From: Candidatus Pelagibacter ubique HTCC1062 | Lineage (GTDB): Bacteria; Pseudomonadota; Alphaproteobacteria; Pelagibacterales; Pelagibacteraceae | DNA: 32,000 bases | Direction: 5' to 3' | NCBI RefSeq assembly: GCF_000012345.1 | Contig: NC_007205.1 | Span: 1,170,001-1,202,000 of the forward strand | Shown here: piece by piece, positions 27,644 through 32,000 of the stretch | How the letters are laid out: the number at the start of each line of letters is the position of its first letter | How positions within the stretch are numbered: position 1 is the first letter of the stretch | Made by a program: the position numbers and the translations under genes | Notes under the pieces: generated by a model | Databases searched by the model: none | What the model was told of the DNA's origin: nothing | What the model saw: only the letters and a program-made list of their open reading frames with translations

Positions 27644-28059
27644 ATTAAATTTTTTACCAAAACAGTTAAAATTCCAACAATCATAAATGTTACTGTTGCA
27701 ATAATTGATCTTAAAGAAAATCTTCCAATACCACTGATGCCGTGTCCACTAGTACAGCCACCACCTATTCTTGTACCAGCTCCAACCAATAAGCCTGCAA
27801 TTGCTAATAAATAAAATGAGTTTGAAATTGTGATATTGATTTCCTGTTGAGTAAATATTTTATAAACAATAGGTCCGATAATTAATCCAATTAAAAATAA
27901 AAAATTATCAAATCTATTATCTTTTGAAGTTAAAAAATTACTGGCAATTCCACTTATTCCAATTAATCGACCATTAAATACAAAAAAAATAATTACTGCT
28001 AAACCAATTAAGGATCCACCTAGAAATGCAGAGATTGGAGTAAAATTAACTATATTCAT
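27640..28059 (-). CDS. YeeE/YedE-family sulfur-compound transport protein, first half-channel
   Basis: 139 aa, 4 [16 protein letters not shown] motif characteristic of the YeeE/YedE family. Confidence 0.75.
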   Translation of the reverse strand: MNIVNFTPISAFLGGSLIGLAVIIFFVFNGRLIGISGIASNFLTSKDNRFDNFLFLIGLIIGPIVYKIFTQQEINITISNSFYLLAIAGLLVGAGTRIGGGCTSGHGISGIGRFSLRSIIATVTFMIVGILTVLVKNLI

Positions 28060-28497
28060 TTAACTTTGTAATACTGGAAAAGCAGGGTTTATATTTAAAA
28101 AAAGCTTTTGATATTCCATCTTTGTACATCTATTTTCAATATACTCAATATCATTACTCTCCACTAATTCTTTAGCATCAATGCTTCTAATTCCAAGTTG
28201 TAACCAAAGAACTTTAGCTCCAATTTTAACACTCTCTTCAGCATACTTGTTAGCTTCAGATGATGGTCTAAATACATCTACGATATCAATAGGTATATTA
28301 ATATCTTCAAGTTTTTCAAAAACCTCTTCTCCTAAAATCTTTTGACCTTTGGCACTTGGATTAACTGGAATAACTTTAAAACCATATTTTTGCATATACT
28401 TCATCACTATTGTTGATGGCTTTTTATCATCTTTACTAACACCCACCATCGCTATTGTTTTATACTTTGAGAGAATTTCTTTTATTTTATCGTTCAC
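28060..28497 (-). CDS. CoA-binding domain protein (YccU/YneT-like)
   Basis: IAMVGVSKDDKKPSTIVMKYMQKYGFKVIPVNP matches the CoA_binding_2 N-terminal Rossmann pattern. 145 aa. Confidence 0.8.
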   Translation of the reverse strand: MNDKIKEILSKYKTIAMVGVSKDDKKPSTIVMKYMQKYGFKVIPVNPSAKGQKILGEEVFEKLEDINIPIDIVDVFRPSSEANKYAEESVKIGAKVLWLQLGIRSIDAKELVESNDIEYIENRCTKMEYQKLFLNINPAFPVLQS

Positions 28498-29282
28498 TAC
28501 TTATGTTTCCACTTAGGTTTTCTCTTTTGTAGAAACGCTGATATGCCTTCTTTAGCATCCATTGCCATCATATTTTTAGTCATCATTTTACTAGTGTATG
28601 CGTAAGCTTTTCTCAATGGCATTTCTAATTGATTATAAAAAGTTTGTTTTCCAATTTTAATTGTAAGACTTGATTTTGAAGCAATAGTTTTAGCAACTTT
28701 TAATACTTCATTGTTTAATTTTGATTTAGAAAAATGATTATTAACTAGTCCAATTTCTTTTGCGTAATCTGCTTTAATAGGCTCTCCCGTTAACAGCATA
28801 TGCATCATTCTTTTTCTATTAACCTTTCTACTAACAGCAACCATCGGTGTGCTACAAAATAAGCCTATATTTACACCTGGTGTTGCAAAAATTGCATCAT
28901 TAGTACTGTAAGCTAGATCACAACTTGCAACTAACTGGCAACCTGCTGCAAATGCTGCTCCATGAACTTTTGCAATAACTGGCTTTTTTCCTTCAACTAT
29001 TTGAAGCATCAACTTTGAGCAAAGATTAAAAAGTTTTTGATATTTTTCTCTTTTCTTTAATCCACTTACTTCTTTTAAATTGTGACCCGCACTAAAACCT
29101 TTTCCAGACCCTTCGATAATTATTACCTTAATATTTTTGTTTTCATCTAGTTTTTTAAAAGCTTTAATTAAATCTCCTAAATTTTTTAATGAAAGAGCGT
29201 TATAGGTTTTTGGCTCATTAATGATGATTGAAGCAATATCTTTATTTAAAAGTTTAATTTTAATATTACTTAAGTTTGCCAT
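28497..29282 (-). CDS. enoyl-CoA hydratase/isomerase family protein (ECHDC3-like)
   Basis: GKGFSAGHNLKE, ATPGVNIGLFCSTPMVAVSR, LLTGEPI and C-terminal EGISAFLQKRKPKW are close to the ECHDC3 subfamily pattern. Confidence 0.85.
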   Translation of the reverse strand: MANLSNIKIKLLNKDIASIIINEPKTYNALSLKNLGDLIKAFKKLDENKNIKVIIIEGSGKGFSAGHNLKEVSGLKKREKYQKLFNLCSKLMLQIVEGKKPVIAKVHGAAFAAGCQLVASCDLAYSTNDAIFATPGVNIGLFCSTPMVAVSRKVNRKRMMHMLLTGEPIKADYAKEIGLVNNHFSKSKLNNEVLKVAKTIASKSSLTIKIGKQTFYNQLEMPLRKAYAYTSKMMTKNMMAMDAKEGISAFLQKRKPKWKHK

Positions 29283-29640
29283 CTTCTCTCATTTTGGCTC
29301 TAATTTTTGTTGCAGAAATTTGTTGAATTTCTTCTGACAAAACAACTTCTTCTATTTTGTAACCAACTCCTCTTCCATAACAAATATTAGTAATATTAGG
29401 AACCATCATTATTTTAAATCTTCCTTCAAATTCTGGGTTTAACTTTTCTTCAATATTTTTTTTAACTGTGTCAAAATCAAACGGATTATCGTCAACACCT
29501 TGAACATCTCTTATTTGAATGCAAACTTGACCTGTTTTTTTAATAATTTCTTGAAATAAAGCATAGTGACCATCATGAAATGGTTGCCATCTGCCAAGCA
29601 TTTGTGCTGTTGGTTTTTTATTATCCCATTCGTACGCCAT
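29266..29640 (-). CDS. minimal HxGH nucleotidyltransferase (cytidylyltransferase-like fold, NMNAT/PPAT/TagD-sized)
   Basis: GRWQPFHDGH (compare archaeal NMNAT GRFQPFHxGH) and C-terminal ISATKIR (ISxT..R). 124 aa from the ATG at 29640, which forms a TAATG overlap with the upstream stop. The track start at 29673 is less likely. Confidence 0.6.
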   Translation of the reverse strand: MAYEWDNKKPTAQMLGRWQPFHDGHYALFQEIIKKTGQVCIQIRDVQGVDDNPFDFDTVKKNIEEKLNPEFEGRFKIMMVPNITNICYGRGVGYKIEEVVLSEEIQQISATKIRAKMREDGKLK

Positions 29641-30047
29641 TATTTTATCTCCTTTATAATTATTGGTGCCCAATGTTTAGCATCTTGAGTTGTAACCTGA
29701 CAATCAAATTTTTCAGGCTTTACAAACATTTTGTTAGTATCGTCAAAACGTCCCTCTTTTATTGTATTTACCCAAACTATATAATCTGCAGGAAACAAGT
29801 TTCTTGCCTCCGGTGTTGGGCAAACAAAGTCTGCTACGACATAATTTCCATCATCTTTTAATTTTTTTGCAAAATCTGCCATTCTACTTGCTTGTCTTGT
29901 TCTGCCTTCTTTTGAAAAATCCCAATCATTAGCTTCTTTTCTAACTTCATCAGCATTAAGTCTTTTAGCATTTAGTAATGGAGCAATTTCATTTGCTAAA
30001 GTTGTTTTGCCAGATCCTGGAAGACCCATAATTAATATTATTTTCAT
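29640..30047 (-). CDS. small P-loop kinase with adenylylsulfate-kinase-like motifs
   Basis: Walker A GLPGSGKTT. LNADEVRK, DWDFSKEGRTRQASR and VADFVCPTPEAR align by eye with APS-kinase LDGDNVR, DLGFS..DR.EN.RR and AFISP....R. Only 135 aa. Confidence 0.55.
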   Translation of the reverse strand: MKIILIMGLPGSGKTTLANEIAPLLNAKRLNADEVRKEANDWDFSKEGRTRQASRMADFAKKLKDDGNYVVADFVCPTPEARNLFPADYIVWVNTIKEGRFDDTNKMFVKPEKFDCQVTTQDAKHWAPIIIKEIK

Positions 30048-30048
30048 T

Positions 30049-31242
30049 TTAAACTAAGTTTGTTGCAACCCATTTATGAAATTCATGTGTAGGGTTATCC
30101 ATTATCGGTGAAAAATTCCCACCATTATATACTGGTGAATTTCTACCTTCTTGCATACCCTCAATAGCTTTTATATCCTCAATCATTACTTCCTTCCAAA
30201 ATTCTGCATTTTTTTTTCTCATCTCAGTAAACTCAGAACCATTTGCACTATCATCACCAACATAATACATCGTTAAATGTTCTTTAGTCTCACTAAAAGA
30301 CTTAGGTTCTAACCAAAAAACATAAAAATGGTCTACATGAAGACCAATCATTACATTTGGAAATAAAGCGATATACTCAGCTTTTTTGAATAAGTCTTTA
30401 GGCCAATTTGGAAAATTATTGAAACTTTGATTTCCTTTAACAGGTTGATCATATTTATTTGTTCCTTGGCCAGCAAATCTATTTGGTAAACCTTGAATAT
30501 GGTAATGATCACTAATATTTGAAACTTTATTTAATTCAGGATGTATCCAAGGCAAGTGATAACTTTCACAGTAATTCTCTATTGCAAACTTCCAATTACA
30601 CTTAACATCAAGACTGAAGTATCCATGATCTTTTGAGTGCTTAAGTAATTTTTGATCTTCCTTAGATATAAATTTTGACCATCTTTCTTCGAGAGGCTTG
30701 ATATATTCATCAAACTCTAATTCATTACTATTTATATTGATAAATATTATATCCATCCAAATTTTGGTTTTAACCTCTTTTAAATTGCTCGATGATTTAT
30801 CGAATTTTTCTGTCTCATGAACATTTAGGCCTCCTATGTGAGGTGTCGCAACCAACTTTCCATCAAAATCGTAGGACCAGGAGTGGTATGGACATCTTAA
30901 GACATTTTTCAAAGCACAAGGCTCATCTAAAAGCTTGAAGCCTCTATGGCTGCAGACATTGTGAAATACCCTTATTTTTTTCTCTTTATCTCTTAAAATA
31001 ATAAGAGGGATGCCTAGTAAATTATAAGGTTGAGCATCTCCTACATTTGGCACAGAACTTCCAACGCCAATCACCGTCCATTTATCCTTGAAAATCCTCT
31101 CTCTTTCAATGCTTAGATAGTCAGAGCTAGTGTAGCACTCGTTTGGTAGGCCATGGGCTTTCTCGATGGGGTTCCCAACCACTCTAATTTTTTCCAAGTC
31201 CAAGATTTTCGAAAGTTGAAGATTTTTAAGATTTTCAGACAT
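30049..31242 (-). CDS. Rieske [2Fe-2S] non-haem-iron oxygenase, alpha-subunit type (choline-monooxygenase/GbcA-like class)
   Basis: CSH-x17-CPYH Rieske motif (CSHRGFKLLDEPCALKNVLRCPYHSW). Mononuclear iron motif ENYCESYHLPWIH. 397 aa. Confidence 0.85.
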   Translation of the reverse strand: MSENLKNLQLSKILDLEKIRVVGNPIEKAHGLPNECYTSSDYLSIERERIFKDKWTVIGVGSSVPNVGDAQPYNLLGIPLIILRDKEKKIRVFHNVCSHRGFKLLDEPCALKNVLRCPYHSWSYDFDGKLVATPHIGGLNVHETEKFDKSSSNLKEVKTKIWMDIIFININSNELEFDEYIKPLEERWSKFISKEDQKLLKHSKDHGYFSLDVKCNWKFAIENYCESYHLPWIHPELNKVSNISDHYHIQGLPNRFAGQGTNKYDQPVKGNQSFNNFPNWPKDLFKKAEYIALFPNVMIGLHVDHFYVFWLEPKSFSETKEHLTMYYVGDDSANGSEFTEMRKKNAEFWKEVMIEDIKAIEGMQEGRNSPVYNGGNFSPIMDNPTHEFHKWVATNLV

Positions 31243-31342
31243 TAAAAAAAATTATCACCAGCACAATTTTTGGCAACAAATATTTTATCCACAAGATGAA
31301 TTTCTTTGACAGCATATACAAAAAAGATAATCATCAGGAAAA

Positions 31343-32000
31343 ATGAATTTTTCACTTGAGGTTGGACCTCAAACAGATCTTAATACACTGCCTCCCGTTA
31401 AGGATGTTTATGTAACTATGCTTCCAGGAGGAGACTATAAAGAGACAGCTAACCAAACAGCGGCGTTAGTTAAAAAAGGATTTAATCCAGTTCCACATTT
31501 TCCAGCACGATCAATTACGGATGATGCTCAGCTTAAAGATTACATTGTAAGATGTAAAGATGTGGGTGCTAAACAAGCTTTAGTTATTGGAGGAAGTAGA
31601 GAGCCAGTTGGAAAATTTGATAGTTCAATTCAAATTTTAGAAACAGGATTTTTTGATGGAATTAAAATAGGAATAGCAGGACATCCAGAGGGAAGTCAGG
31701 ATATTTCTGATAAAGAATTAGAAAAGGCTATGATAGATAAAAAACCTTACGCCGACTATATAGTGACCCAGTGGTTATTAGAGAGTCAACCTATCGTAGA
31801 TTTCATTTCTAAGCAGTCAGTACCAGTGCATGTAGGAATTACTGGGCCAATGAAAATAACTAGCTTAATTAAATTTGCTAATATTGTCGGGGCGAAAAAT
31901 TCTATAAATTTTCTTAAGTCTAATTTTAGTAAGGCATTAGATTTATTGAAACCTAAAGACCCTAATGAATTAATTGGGAAAGTGAAAGAGTTTACTGGTA
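31343..32000 (+). CDS. methylenetetrahydrofolate-reductase-family protein (divergent), 3' end outside window
   Basis: Not in the ORF track because it runs off the window. ATG at 31343 is preceded by AGGA. The frame stays open to 32000. Segments SLEV.P, PHFPARS, ALVIGGS, IGIAGHPEG, IVTQW and VHVGITGP parallel the MetF TIM-barrel motifs in order. Confidence 0.6.
   Translation, partial: MNFSLEVGPQTDLNTLPPVKDVYVTMLPGGDYKETANQTAALVKKGFNPVPHFPARSITDDAQLKDYIVRCKDVGAKQALVIGGSREPVGKFDSSIQILETGFFDGIKIGIAGHPEGSQDISDKELEKAMIDKKPYADYIVTQWLLESQPIVDFISKQSVPVHVGITGPMKITSLIKFANIVGAKNSINFLKSNFSKALDLLKPKDPNELIGKVKEFTG

Noticed and set aside
2408-29861. About 20 ORFs of 60-98 aa in the track lie antisense to, or out of frame within, the genes called above. 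Examples: 2408-2638, 7583-7783, 8806-9003, 10439-10621, 11483-11710, 12512-12721, 14352-14582, 14793-15062, 15193-15390, 16602-16793, 17502-17798, 17774-17989, 19326-19610, 22147-22392, 23537-23725, 24865-25062, 25056-25337, 25479-25670, 29580-29861.
   Set aside because: Each is fully or mostly embedded in a gene with strong family motifs on the other strand or frame. Their translations are low-complexity (L/F/S/I/C-rich) with no recognisable motifs and no start context. They are best explained as shadow ORFs.
31306-31331. TTGACA ... GATAAT considered as the promoter of the MTHFR-like gene.
   Set aside because: The spacer is only 14 nt (canonical is 16-18). The implied transcription start would fall inside or after the AGGA ribosome-binding site, so it is not a convincing promoter as it stands.
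1-32000. I looked for tRNA/rRNA genes, CRISPR repeat-spacer periodicity, transposase/integrase/recombinase genes, terminal inverted repeats, prophage or defence-system hallmarks (nucleases, helicases, methylase-restriction pairs, toxin-antitoxin pairs), and long duplicated segments.
   Set aside because: None was found. The non-coding spacers are too short and too AT-rich for structured RNA genes. All sizeable ORFs are metabolic, transport or regulatory. The only repeats seen are the short operator-like motifs reported above.

Overview
This is a visibly AT-rich, very gene-dense chromosomal segment. With the ORFs I accept, only about 1.06 kb of 32 kb is non-coding, and most junctions are overlaps or 0-50 nt. 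Composition, Lys/Ile/Asn-rich proteins and gene content point to a streamlined marine alphaproteobacterium of the SAR11/Pelagibacterales type; this is inference, not verified. The relevant genes are dimethylglycine-dehydrogenase-type enzyme + ETF + ETF-QO, isocitrate lyase, Fe3+ ABC uptake, AcuI, YeeE/YedE and a persulfide dioxygenase-rhodanese fusion. I call 40 CDS, two of them cut by the window edges. I see no rRNA, tRNA, CRISPR array, transposase or integrase. Modules from left to right: (1) cytochrome b561, a secreted FGE-like protein + SAM methyltransferase, an atypical ADP-ribosylglycohydrolase-fold protein and a MATE exporter. (2) Persulfide dioxygenase-rhodanese, SprT-like protein and periplasmic thioredoxin-like protein. 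(3) DMT and AzlCD transporters. (4) Fe3+ ABC uptake operon with a Fur-box-like palindrome over its -35. (5) aceA flanked by two tiny unknown ORFs, facing a RamB/ScfR-type regulator across an intergenic region packed with AATTTACAA 9-mers. (6) lysR-acuI-folE, then hisI-DUF2237. (7) A two-winged-helix regulator with upstream direct repeats. (8) A dehydrogenase-etfB-etfA-ETF:QO respiratory operon. (9) DUF4864-like, flavodoxin-like and DUF4170-like genes. (10) A seven-gene translationally coupled operon: Rieske oxygenase, APS-kinase-like P-loop protein, minimal HxGH nucleotidyltransferase, ECHDC3-like crotonase, CoA-binding protein and a split YeeE/YedE channel. It faces a divergent MTHFR-like gene. 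Module 10 is my best candidate for an undescribed system, possibly sulfur-compound or CoA-linked metabolism. All functional calls rest on motif recognition by eye; no searches were run.
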